A DNA stretch of 64,000 nt from Felis catus (Eukaryota). Positions 35,960 through 47,930 of the stretch are shown piece after piece. The position numbers and the translations under genes are program-made. The notes under the pieces are model-generated. The model was not told the DNA's origin and did no database searches. It saw only the letters and a list, made by a program, of their open reading frames with translations. Position 1 is the first letter of the stretch; every line of letters starts with the position of its first letter. Location of the stretch: the NCBI RefSeq assembly GCF_018350175.1, contig NC_058368.1, positions 156,304,001-156,368,000 of the forward strand. The letters are read 5' to 3'.

Positions 35960-37642
35960 AAGTGATATCAAAGTGTGGTACTCAGATCCTGGATGGAGCC
36001 CCAATATTCTTTCAGGGCATTCAAAATTTCAAAACTATTTTCATAATAAGACCTATGCCATTCACTAGATAGACATTTGTACTAATACTGCAAAAGCAAT
36101 GATCCCCAGGCCCAAACTGCAGTCCTCAAACTGTATTAGTCGTATCAGTGGTCTATTGCTGCTGTACTACCCACAAATTTACTGTCCTAAAACCACAGAA
36201 TTTTATCATCTGATAGTTCTCTAGGTTAGAAGTCTTGAAATGGGTCTCACCACCCCAAAAGGAAATGGGTCAGGAGAGCTGCATTCCTTTCTGGAGGATC
36301 TGAAGAGGATGCATTATTTCCTTGCATTTTCTAACTTTTAGAAGCTGCTTTCATTCCGTGGCTCATGGCCCACTTCCCTCCTTTTCTATTTAGCTTTGTG
36401 GGTTGAGTCCTTTTCATACTGGATTACTCTGAATTCCTCTTCAGCCTCCTTCTTCCACTTTTGAGAACCATCATGATTATATTGGGCCCATTTGGATAAT
36501 CCAGGATAATCTCACTATTATAAGGTAAACTGATTAGCAACTTTAATTCCTCTTTGCTATATAATCTCACATATTCACAGGTTCCAGGGATCAGGATGTA
36601 GGCATCTGGGGGCAGGGCAGGGGGGAGGGGTTGGTATATCCTGTTTTAACACCTTAGTCCTAGTTCTTCAACCACACAATTGGAATAACAAGTAAAGCCA
36701 GGTTTACTTGATAATGTCCTCAATGAGGCAGTAAAGATTAGTAATTTTATGAAGTCAACCTGTGAGTACACCACACATTTTTTTTCAAAATTAACCAAAT
36801 TGAGCTCTCACTTCAAGGAAAACATTAGACAACATTTGTTGCCAATGATAAAATTACAGCTTTCAAAGCAAAAATAAGAATTTTGGAAAATCATATATTG
36901 TCAGAGGGAGAGGTTCCCAACATTTAAAAATTTTCCTGATGAGACTGCTGGTAATATTAACAAGTAGGATTTTTTGATCATGTATAATGAAAGGTATTAA
37001 GATTTGGAAGATCAGCATACCTCAATGAATCAGTGTTTTCCATATGGCCAATATTTTATGTAACAAAATCATACGTTTATAAAAGAGTCCTTCAAAGTGC
37101 AAGATAGACCAGTAACAGATTACATAAAGTTCATTGACAGGGTTTCAGATTTCACATTGCAATTAAACTTTAAGAAATCCTACTTACTAAGTTTGGGTAT
37201 AGGATCAAAGAAAAATATTCACAATGATCTGAAAAGGCCATTTAAAAAAATCCTTTCTTTTCCAACCAGATGTCTGTATGAGGTTGGATTTTGTTCACTT
37301 CAATCCAAAACAACTTATCACAACAGACTGAATACAGAAGCAGATCTAAGAATTCAGCACTCTTCTTTAAGCCAGACATTAAAGACACTGCAAAAACATA
37401 AAATAATACCACTCTTCCATTAAAACTTTCTTTGGGAATATATAATCATCTTTTTAAAAAAATGCTCTATAAGTTAATGTGTAAGGCTTTATTATCGATT
37501 TAACTACTTTTTAAAAAATATTTAATTTTAATTTATAATATAATAAATATAAGTAGATAGAATTACATACATAAAAACTCTTTTTGAGTGTAATTTTTAA
37601 TAGTGTAAATTACTCCTAAACCAAAAATTTGAGAATTGCCTA
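35960..37642 (+). mobile_element. Charlie1-like hAT DNA transposon remnant
   Basis: Starts agtgatatcaaagtgtgg; C-terminal hAT dimerisation-like peptide FPTRCLYEVGFCSLQSKTTYHNRLNTEADLRIQ (37097-37423); ends aaaaatttgagaattgcc. Confidence 0.8.
36140..36652 (-). mobile_element. MLT1 (ERVL-MaLR) solo LTR nested in Charlie1
   Basis: tattgctgctgta...; ttatattgggcccatttggataatccaggataatctc; cacaggttccagggatcaggatgtaggcatct. Confidence 0.8.
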
Positions 37643-38939
37643 GTAAGATAAAGGAGAAAGCCCCAGAAAGATCATGATCAGATAAAGTCTATAAAAGGAA
37701 TAAGCTGAGGCAGCCACACTGGGCTAGCAGGATAGAGAAGACAACATAAAAACAGGGCATGGAAGGAGGGCTCCATTTACAAAGAACCCCACCCCCAAAG
37801 TCTTTCCCGGTCAAATCTATGATTAGCAAGGACAGAGCTCGCCCTTCAGAAGCTAAATTAGCCCACAGGCATTTGTGAGGGCAGGTATTAATATATGCTA
37901 GAAAAGGAAAGAATGATGTTTTACAAAATTATAGAGGAATAAATTAACATGTGATTATCCACAAAACTTGCATTTAAAAATATTAGTGTGAAAAAAAATA
38001 TCAGTGAGCTGGTCTAAAATAGCAAGAAACATGGATAAAAAATGTCATCATGCCAATGAAGCACAAAATAATATTCACTGCTATCAGTAAAAATTAAGAC
38101 TTCATCAGTAAAATGCTTCTCAAAAAGAGCTCCTATCACTCCTCAATTTAAATTACATAAACTCCAGACTTAAACTGTTGGATTAGCTGTGTTCCCCAAA
38201 GGGAAAATGGAAAATTCAGGTCACATGGTACGGATGCTAGAAACAACTACAACTGTACAATGTCTCTGACACTCAATGAATGGCCTGAGTCAGAGAAGAG
38301 CCCTTTTCAGTAACCTTAGCAAACAAACAATGAAAGTGACAGAAAAGGACGGCCATAGTAACCAACTGGAAAATAGAGTAATTACGTCCCCTAAATAGGA
38401 CAAACAAGTCTTTTCTTGGAAGCATGATTAAAAAAAAAAAAAAAAAAAAAAAGAGCCCTAAATTTAGATTCTTAAGACCTAACTTTTGGCTCAAGTCGCA
38501 TTTCCTGAGTTACCTGGGCAACTTAAACTACCTCTTTAGTTTTCATTTCCTTATGTAAGATAATAAAGTTAGTCTAAATCTCTTGCTTTAAAATTCAACT
38601 GTAAAGCACAGTAACAAACACATCCTGTATCCAAATCCTAAAGTCACACACATCTAAAATAAAAATACACGCTAGTACTCACCAAACAGATGAGTTATAA
38701 TCTGCCATTTGAAAAGCACTGAATTGATTGACATCCACAATTGTTTGTTAAAAACAAAAGTGAGGGGGTTGCCTACGAAACTGTAATATCATGATCTTTT
38801 TAACTACAGAAGTATGTTTGGGAGGAAGAAAAATGTACATTCACAAAAATGGATATGTGGGCTAATATTCAACTATGGATATTAACATTACTCCGGTTTT
38901 TGAGATTGTTGTATTTATTGGATACCTGAATTTAGAAAA

Positions 38940-39126
38940 ATTTTTAAAGTTTATTTATTTTTGGGGGGGGGGGGCAAGGGAACGAAGTAGGGACAGAGAG
39001 GGAGAGACAGAATCCAAAGCAGGCTCTGCACTGTCAGCACAGAACCCAACACGGGGCTTGATCTCAAGAACTGTGAGACCCTGAGACAAAATCAAGAGTT
39101 AACCCAATGAGCTACGCAGGTGCCCC
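38940..39126 (-). mobile_element. Can-SINE
   Basis: gaatccaaagcaggctctgcactgtcagcacag. Confidence 0.85.
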
Positions 39127-39391
39127 ATGAATTGAGAAATTTGAACAGCATATTGTGTTTGACTACCTAATGTCAAAAAATCAGTTGCTTAGCTAATGTT
39201 TGCATTTTTCCAACTGCTATTTGGATCTTATGATTCCTCAACTGTTCACTGGCTAACAAAACTGTGTCATAAAATATAGGAAGTTGTTGATCTAAGAATA
39301 TGTCCCTCAAATGTTAATAATATCAATGTTTGGCAGCAGGGATTGTACTTGTCTTAGAGGAGGTTAGGGCAGACAGTAAAAGTAAGAGTTG

Positions 39392-39625
39392 AGGGGCACC
39401 TGGGTGGCTCAGTCGGTTGAGCGTCAGACTCTTGATTTCAACTCAGGTCATGATACCAGGGTCGTGGGATTGAGTCCCTTGTTGGGCTCCAAACTCAGCA
39501 TAGAGCCTGCTGAGGATGCTCTCTCTCTTTCTCCTTCTGTGCCTATCTCTCCACTTACTCTCTAAAAAAAAAAAACAAAACAAAAACAAAAACAAAAACA
39601 AAAAACCCAGCTCTTAAAAAAAAAA
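39392..39625 (+). mobile_element. Can-SINE
   Basis: Head, CT tract and (CAAAAA)n tail. Confidence 0.9.
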
Positions 39626-39719
39626 ATCAAGAGTTTAAGTTTAAATACACTTGTAAATTATAGCATGTGACAACTACCAATTATTTTTACTAATAGCTAA
39701 CATTATATTGAGCACTGGG

Positions 39720-40002
39720 TAACATGACATTCCTAACAGATGACTTTGGATCACATATTCCCCACTGTGCTGTTGAAGCTTTCTTAAAGCAGCACAGCAG
39801 TCTGACTTCCTTGCTCTTTCCCTTCCTCCCTCCCTCCCTCCTTCCAGCCTTTGCAGGTGGTCAGACCTGCACTGAGACCTGAAGGCACTTCCCTCCTACT
39901 CTTGCTGCCCCTTCTTTATCTTTCACAGGCCTCTTCCCCAATAAACCTCTAGGAAGTCTAAACCCCTCTTGGGATCTGCTTTTCCGGGAATTTGAGCCAA
40001 CA
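39720..40002 (+). mobile_element. ERVL-type LTR 3' part, inserted in a MIR
   Basis: tttatctttcacaggcc...ccccaataaacctc...tcttgggatctgctt...ccaaca; MIR pieces on both sides (~39690 and 40040-40210). Confidence 0.6.
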
Positions 40003-41899
40003 AAGAAAGTGCATACAAGTCTTGCCACCATATTAAACTCTATGCATCATTATTAAATCTTCGCACAAAACTTATGAACACGTTATCACTATTTTCATTT
40101 TAAAAATAAGGAAACAAACACTAAGAACAGAAAAATATCTTTCCCAGAGTCTCACAACTAGTGACAGAGCTGGGATTTGAACTGTTTGCCTTCAGAGTTA
40201 GAGCCCAGACCTTATTTTAAAGCAATTACACTACATTAAACAGCAAAACTAGACAAATCCCTAACAACATTCTTTCTGACGCCTGTGTGCTTTCACACAT
40301 TATCACACTTAATCCTAATAAATCTATAAAGTTGATATTAGCACTTGACAGATGAACAAATTGGGGCTCAAATAACTTAAGTAAATCCTTTCAAATCATG
40401 TGTAAGTTCATGAATTTGAGCTCATATGCAGGTCTTATCTGAATTCAGCTGCTTTACATTTTACTGTTTTGCCTAATTAATCAAAATAACTTTTTTTTAG
40501 TTTTAGCTAATTTTGCTGAGAATGTGATTCAGCAAAGAATCCACCAAATGATTTAAACAGCTATATGTTTCTTCTCTCTCTGTGAGTACACTGGTATTCA
40601 TAAATATTATAGATACTCTATTAGCAACTTAAGCCTGAGCCACCTCTCTCCTTACTGACTTGTACCAAAGTTTACAGGAAAATTGCTGGGGCACTGTTTC
40701 AAAAACGTGTCTCCAATAACATGTCAGCAGTTGAGGATGGCAGGCAGTATTCTCTTCACACTTCCTGATACTTTTTAATATTTCTATGCTGATTTTTACC
40801 TTTATCTCTTGATTCCACTGCAGACTTTTGTGTGCACCACTCGAAAACTTCCCTTAACCAGAGTCACCTGAAGAGGTAAGTCAGGTGTCTGTAGAATCAT
40901 CATGTCTAAGGATTAATCCCTGGTTGTTTCCCAGCCTCTAAAAGAACATAGCCTAGCAGTACTGTGCAGTACGTCAGTCAGAGCTGCGTGTTGGAAGTAA
41001 GTCAGCAATATATGCAAACATTGGAAGGTGGGTGAGGCAAGGTGCGGGGGTTTTTTGGTGTTGTTTTTGTTATTTTGTTTTTCTGTAGCAAAGGCCTGTG
41101 GAAAATCTTCCAAAAGTGGCAATCCTGGGGATCTGCGCGCAGGCAGATCAGGAAGAGGAGACCCAAGACTGACCCCATTGTGGAGGTCCTGGACCCACTC
41201 CTGGGAGGAAAGAGGCAAGGGTCCCCTACCCAGTGACTTCAAATGAGGAAACTGAGGCCTAGACACGGGCAGGTAGCTGCTCAGAGTCACAGACATCAGT
41301 AAGGGGCAGGAGCCACGGAGACCAGGAGTAGAAGACCTCACGGCTTCAGAGAATCCCCACCCCCAGCCAAACCTGAACCCCCAACAGCATCTCAGCTAGG
41401 TGCCAGTGCCCAGCCCCCACTCTGTCAGAACAAAGAGCTTATAAACCAATCCCCACACTACTGATGTGAATCCATGTCCTCTCAGGGAGAAGCCCCAGAA
41501 ACGGAGTGCTAGATGGACCCTTAGAGTCCCCTCCCACCTCTGGCTGGGCCTGAGCCCTGAGTCTCAGCCATCCATTCACTAAGAAGGACAGGACTACTCC
41601 CTAACCAGGTGAGCAGATTGGGGGTAGGGGGTAATAGGCAGGTGCTGGATTGGGGCTGGAGTAGAATGGACAATTTTTCATTTATTTTTCGTTGATTGGT
41701 ATAGTCTCTAATTGTTAATCTATAACACATGAGGGTGGGTTTAAATGATCTATAAAGTCCCTTCAGCTGTAAAATCCTCTGACTTTAGCTGACTCCCAAG
41801 TATTACTCTGAGTATTTGAGAAATGATCCTCAGAGAAATAAATTTCCCTTTGTGTATACACCTAGTTAGTAGATGAGCCAGGATTAAAATCCAAATAGA

Positions 41900-42125
41900 G
41901 GCAGTATAGCAAAGTGGGTAAGGTAGTGGCCTCTGAAGCGAGCAATGGTTCAAATCACAGCTCTGGCACCTGATGAGTATGGTAACCTAGGACCATTTGC
42001 AAGCTTATCTTTGCTTTAGTTTTCTCATCTGTAAAAGCAGGGTAATAATACTCTCTATATAGTTCTGTGAGGATAAAATAGAACACTGCATAGCAGAGTG
42101 TAAACTACAATAAATATTAGGTATT
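41900..42125 (+). mobile_element. MIR SINE
   Basis: ttagttttctcatctgtaaaagcagggtaataata core. Confidence 0.75.
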
Positions 42126-42309
42126 CTCTTATCTCCCATCTCACTGTCCCATTTTCTTCGCAAGGGACCACATTGCCTTTTAAGGATGAGTGTGGAGTGG
42201 ACATTACATTTCAGCATCAAAGTGAGTTTCGATAAATAAGTATGTGGTAAGACCCTTTAAAAAAAAACGCATGTACAAATACTTCTCTGTGGATAAAGAA
42301 CATTTTGAA

Positions 42310-42440
42310 AAGCAATCACTCCTTCAGTAAATGTTTACTGAGCCCCTACCCTATGCCAGACACTGTGCTAAATGCTGAATATGGGATAATGGACAAAAGA
42401 TACAGTCTCAACCTTCATAGCAGTAACATTGGATTGAAAA
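42310..42440 (-). mobile_element. L2 3' end
   Basis: ttcagtaaatgtttactgagcccctaccctatgccagacactgtgctaa. Confidence 0.7.
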
Positions 42441-42859
42441 CAAACACCTGAGATCTACCTATGAACTACGCAAATACCTTTCACACAGTGAAGTTAATAC
42501 AATGTAATAAAATGAACATTAGTATTTGAGACTAGCTGTACATATATACTTGTGTTTATAAAATAGGATATTCTTTATAACTAAGTTCTATGTTATTTAT
42601 AATATTGGTCATTTCAATGACATTTTAGTAAATTCCCTGACAATTAGGCTACTTCTTCGCTACATAAAATAGAATACTGGAACGGGTATGTTTAATTAAG
42701 GATATTCTCTTAAAATGTGTGATAAGCACCATCTGTCTGAGGGTTACATGAATGAAATGTAACAATTTTGCTAATAACCAATAAATAGCAATTCCTTACA
42801 GGGCATTACAAAGTTCAATTTTATGAAGTTTGTGCTCATTCATTTTCTCTTTTTTTTTA

Positions 42860-42884
42860 AAAAAATTTTTTAATGTTTATTTTT

Positions 42885-42916
<32 letters not shown>

Positions 42917-43085
42917 ACACGCGTGAGTGGGGGAGTAGAGAGAGAGGGGGACACAGAATCTGAAGCAGTCTCCAGGCTCTGAGCTGTCAGCACAGAGCCC
43001 CATGTGGGGCTCTAACTCACGAACAATGAGATCATGACCTGAGCCTAAGTCGGATGCTTAACTGGCTGAGCCACCCAGGCGCCCC
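42860..43085 (-). mobile_element. Can-SINE (SINEC_Fc)
   Basis: (GA)n tract, then ...gagccacccaggcgcccc. Confidence 0.92.
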
Positions 43086-44955
43086 TCATCTTCGTGTGTG
43101 TGGGGGGGAGGGGGGGAGAGGGAGATAGAGAGAGACAGAGAAAGAGAGGAAACACCTGTTTAAAAAGACAGCTGATATTCTGGAGTTAGAGTCATCTATA
43201 CCCTCATGGTCTTTAGATTATTTACATTTGTTTGAGTTAGGAAGCTAAAAGAGGCCAAGAATCAACATAGAAAAGAAACCGGATTATTCATATGACAAAG
43301 TTACTTCATGGTGATACCTTAAATCCTTAACACATTCCTTAATCTTTAATACTTTAACGTAAGGAATCCGTTAACCCATTAACACATCCCTAAAATCTCT
43401 TTATACTCCGGTTTTGCTATCCCTCTGACTTCTGAATGTGACATACTGTCTATCCAATTTTACATGAGAATAAAAAGAATGATTCTGTTATAGTTATTTA
43501 TGAGTATAAAGCACAGTAAAAAGAGCCCAAGTTTAGGTGTAACGTAAACTGTTCAAATCTCAATTGCGCCATTTGATTATATAATTTGTGGGGATGTTTT
43601 TCAGTCTCAGTCACAATGTTTTTGAGTCTCAGTAGAAAACGTTGGCAAACCAGGGATAATACGAGTTTTCTTGTAGAATGGTAGTAACTTCAAGGAATGT
43701 ACCATGCCTGGCAAACGCTAGCTATTTGTGGTATTAGTCGTTGGCTGTATAAATTTCAAAGACAAGGGCAAGGTCTTCAAAGTCAAGGGCAAGAATACCA
43801 AAAGATCACTGCCTATCTAAAAAGCTAGTTGCTATATTGACACGTGTAATTTCCCATCAATTATTTACAATCCTTTCAAATGGAGAACACAAGTTTAAAT
43901 AAACATGGTAAAATTGGGACTGAATGAGGATATTATAAAAGTTGGTTGAACTGTGAATCAACAAGGAGATCAGAATATCAATGTGCTCTCCTAAATATGG
44001 TTGCATGACTCTCAAAAGGTAAAAAGGAATTTGGCTAATGCATCAGGGGCTTTTTTCTTTAGGGTAATTTCTAGAACTCTTTTTGGAACCGGCTGTTTGG
44101 GAATAAAAATCAGCTGCCTTTTAGGGGGAAAAGTAATGATTTAAATAGAAGGTGCTGAGGGCTAACTACTTACCTGAAGAAAGTGCATACATAAAAGTGA
44201 AGTAGCCAAGGTTCCCTAAATGACATATTTCAAACCTTCCACTGAGAGAACACCTTTCCTCTCATCATCTCTCCATCGCAAGCAATTTTCTCTTTACAAT
44301 TATTGTGGGTACCTCAGTCTTCAAAATTCTCCCCAATCCTTCATTACGGAGGAAACTTGGAGCAGAGCAAGCGCCCTTCTGTCTGAAGCTACACCTACTT
44401 TCCCCCTCGTGATCACAGGTTTCCTAAAGCTAAAACGTACATCTGCAGTCCAGGAGCTCGTGGTAGTCAGGAAAACAAAGCACCTTCTTACCCAATTCAA
44501 ACAGCGGCGGGAACGTTTAATTCCGAACATGAACGACTCCCTCATCCCAAACATTTGTAAAAGGTGCAACCCAAGGCAATGGAAACAGCCAGGACAAGGA
44601 TGGTAAAGTAGCTCTCGAAAATCGAGAGTGACTAAATCCTGCCAATGGGAGAGTAATGACACTCCTTGGATACTGGACGACTCGCTACTACAAATCGCGG
44701 TATACATTGTCTTTGGCCTCAGATGGGATTCCGAGGTCGAGTTCCAAGTTGGAGATGGACTGTCCTCGTGGAGAACGGGGTGAGCCGGAATCCCGGGGCC
44801 TTTTCCAGCAGCAGCGAGTCAAACGCTTTAGGGCTGGATGCAGACTCCTGGTTCAACCCTCTCCCGCTCACTTCTTGGTCCTGCTAAGATGCTACACCGG
44901 GCCCCGACCGGTCGGAACTATCAGCCCCAGGAGGCAACCCAGAAAAATGACTTAC

Positions 44956-45070
44956 CCGTCTCCCACGTCTGACGCACATCTAGCAGAACCTGGCCCACCC
45001 GCCAGAACCCAGTCAGGCACCCGCTCGGACCACCCTGACGACGGATCGAGAGCGTCACTGACAACCACCC
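44956..45070 (-). other. KIAA0825: First (non-coding) exon of the divergent gene, likely KIAA0825; TSS approximate
   Basis: Consensus donor cgg|gtaagt at 44956/44955 inside the CpG island; identity inferred from the known mammalian SLF1-KIAA0825 head-to-head arrangement. Confidence 0.6.
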
Positions 45071-45129
45071 GGAAATGGTACAATAGCTTCCGGGGCCGCC
45101 TAGCGCGCGGCGGGAAATTATTTCCCAGA

Positions 45130-45226
45130 GCCCGGATTAGTGAGGTAGCGAGTGCTGCAGCGGCAGTCGTCTCCCCTGTCACCACCGCCACCCGAGGGAA
45201 GCAGCCCAGACTCTCCGGCAGGGAAG
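45130..45226 (+). other. SLF1: SLF1 exon 1 (5'UTR); TSS approximate
   Basis: Donor gaag|gtaaag at 45226/45227 inside the CpG island, upstream of the SLF1 coding exons. Confidence 0.65.
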
Positions 45227-46914
45227 GTAAAGGGCCTCAGCTCGGAAGACACAGTGTACCCTGACTCTCTGGGGTTGTTTCCTCATTGCCCCCGAAGTTT
45301 CTGCGGCGCCCGGCTGTGAGATTGGGAAGGGGCTGGGGTTGAGCGCCGGCGGTGCCCGCTTCTCCTGCCTTCCGCAGCCACCATTCGTTCCCACTCGCCC
45401 GGCCTCGCTGAGCTCTGCGCCCGCGTTGGTGGGCTGCGGCCGCAGACCCCGCCCCGCTCCGCCCTTGCCGCGGCTGGGACCGCCGCCGAGAGTCTCCGCA
45501 GTGCAGGGCTGAGCGGCTTCCCCCGCCTCCTGTTTGCGCAGCTCGGCTGGTCGATCTTCTGCCAGGAAGGCGCTAGGCCACCCGCGTCTCTGGTTTCCAT
45601 AGAACCGACTGGGACGCCTCTCGCTGAGTCTCTTGGCTGCTTTCCATAATTTAGCGTCAGTGCAGGTGGCTCGGATCCCCCTGGCCCACCTACCAGTGAC
45701 GGGGAAAGTGGTGCCATTCTTTTTTCCCTGGTAGAATTTTTTAACGTAACCAAATGGTAATGATCATGTATTTGCGGCTACTGTATGCCTTTAAACATAC
45801 GCACACACTTTTCCTAAAAGAAGGGTGTACGTTCCTGGAGGTTATAATATCTTAGCTGCCTGAGTCTGGGAACAAGACTAATCATTTTCACATTTCCTCC
45901 CACTTCCAAAGTGTCTGATTAAATATTGAAAAAATTTTTTTTTGGTTTGTCTCAGATACTTCCTGTCAGGATTTGACCCAGAAATTAGATGGAGCCTGAT
46001 TTTTGGACGTCACCAGCTCTTTTTTTGACAAATGACTATCCTGTCCCCCTCCCCAATTTTTTTTTTTTCGTTGAGACTTTAGGTATGAACATTTAACTTG
46101 AATTTACAGTAGACGTGTGACGACAGAGTGCCTAGTGAACTTTTTGGTTTATGTTAAGTTATGCCTCAGTACCTAGAAGTATCTATTGATATGCAAGGTG
46201 TTCTCGTTTTAGGAACTTTTGATAACCTGTATTGCAGGTGTTCAGTACATAAGTTGAATGTTGGGGGTGTATTTTTATGTCTAACTTGATTATATCTGAT
46301 TTAAAGAGTATTGTTAATTTAAATGAATCAGGATGTTTTAAACACTTGAAGTTATAAATTACTGTGAAGACCATTAGCCTTCAAGTAATGCAGATAAGCC
46401 CCTTTTAGATCTGTTTTCTAAGTAACGATTTTTTTTTTTTGCCTGTTGACTTAGGTTCAATTGCATGATGTAATATTTTCTTGCTTCCTTAAAGCAGAAA
46501 GCATAGTCATGTGAAACAGTCTTTGAAACAGTTGTTCAATGTGCCTACCTTTCATCAAAATTCATACCTCTTATGACTTCATAATAGTATCCAAAATTTT
46601 CATGGAAATTTTTTTTTAACCAATAGTATAGCTTTATTAACTAAAGAGTATTTTTCTTATTAATTATAAGGTAATCTTTTCATTGCTTAAACACTTTTTA
46701 AAATGAACAATTGAGTATAGACTGTGAATAATAAAACCTAAAGAAAGTACAGAATCCTCTTTCTCAATAATACAACTATAATGAAATACGTAACTCTTGT
46801 AATTGTCCATAAATATGCTAATGAAAAACGTATCCTGCACAATGTATTATGTACTCTTTCTAACCTTCTAAGGACATCTTATTGCTTAAAAGTAAAGTCT
46901 CCCTGAAACTTTTT

Positions 46915-47121
46915 TTAAGTTATTTTTTAGAGGTTTATTGATTTTGAGAGAGTGAGAGCATGAGCAGGGGGCAGGGCAGAGAGAGGGAGAGAGAACCTCA
47001 AACAGGCTCCATATTGTCAGTGCAGAGCCAGATGTGGAGCTCCAACTCAAGAACTACGAATCATGATATAAGCTGAAACCAGGAGTTGGACACTTAACCA
47101 ACTGAGCCACCCAGGCGCCCC
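46915..47121 (-). mobile_element. Can-SINE
   Basis: Ends actgagccacccaggcgcccc. Confidence 0.9.
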
Positions 47122-47139
47122 AAAATATCCCTGAAACTT

Positions 47140-47299
47140 TTTTTAATGTTTATTTTTGAGAGAGAGAGAGTGCTTGTGCACAGGTGGGCAAGAAGCAGAG
47201 AGGGAGACACAGAATCTGAAGCAGGCTCTCAGCTGTCAGCACAGAGCGCAACATGGGCCAAAGTCAGATGTTTAACGGACTGAGCCACCCAGGTGCGCC
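47140..47299 (-). mobile_element. Can-SINE with internal deletion
   Basis: gaatctgaagcaggctc...tgagccacccaggtgcgcc. Confidence 0.88.
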
Positions 47300-47709
47300 T
47301 CCCTGAAACTTTTAGGTTGACTTAGTTTTTACTTTCTTTGTATCAAAATTACTTTGAAATAGGCTGTTTCCTTGTTCTTGATGGAGAAAAGCCCATATGA
47401 ATTAGTCTAGTAATTAATTCATCTAAGATCCATTTTGAAAAGAAAATAATGAAAATTTACTTTTTCGTAATAAAAAAAATGGCACTCTTTAGATTGTTCC
47501 TAGAAATGCATTGAAACTTTAGACATTAGTGTTATTTTTTTAATTATGTTTAAATATTTTCAGTAATACTGTTCATTTAAATATCTCCTCACCCTCATAG
47601 TAGATTCCTTTTCCTGCGGTATATTTTTCTCTTGTACTAGCTAAAAATAGGTTAATTTGTAAAATTATAATGTGGTTAAAAGTATTAGGCTAAATTCTGA
47701 AATTTAAGT

Positions 47710-47930
47710 TCGTGGTATTGTAGAAAAGGCGTTTAGAAACAGAAACAGGCAGATCTTTGAACCAAACCTTGGTTTCACCATTTTGCTAGCTGTGTACCCT
47801 TGAGCTAGTTTCTTAATCGCTAAGATTCTCTAGTATCCTCATCCGCATAAGAAGGGTAAACAGCACTTAAATTGTCAATAAGGGAAGGAACTAACATGTA
47901 GTATACAGACTATAGTTAGGTCCTCATTAA
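47710..47930 (+). mobile_element. MIR SINE
   Basis: gctagctgtgtacccttgagctagtttcttaa. Confidence 0.6.

Larger units (their letters stand above)
44670..45700. promoter_or_regulatory. CpG island and bidirectional promoter
   Basis: Sharp rise in GC and CpG; divergent splice donors at 44955(-) and 45227(+); ETS-like ccggaa at 45069-45074 and cttccgg at 45087-45093; E2F-like ggcgggaaa at 45109-45117. Confidence 0.9.

Noticed and set aside
43315..43395. Cluster of (c/t)ttaa motifs, loosely telomere-like on the minus strand
   Set aside because: Irregular spacing and no true TTAGGG array; low-complexity sequence
44220..44707. Two overlapping 128-aa ORFs on opposite strands
   Set aside because: Island-shore sequence with no domain or exon structure to support them
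44656..45264. 202-aa + strand ORF across the promoter
   Set aside because: It lies in a GC-rich CpG island where stops are rare, is Arg/Pro/Ala-rich with no recognisable domain, and starts upstream of the likely TSS
45283..45753. 156-aa minus-strand ORF
   Set aside because: CpG-island artefact antisense to SLF1 intron 1, with no recognisable homology
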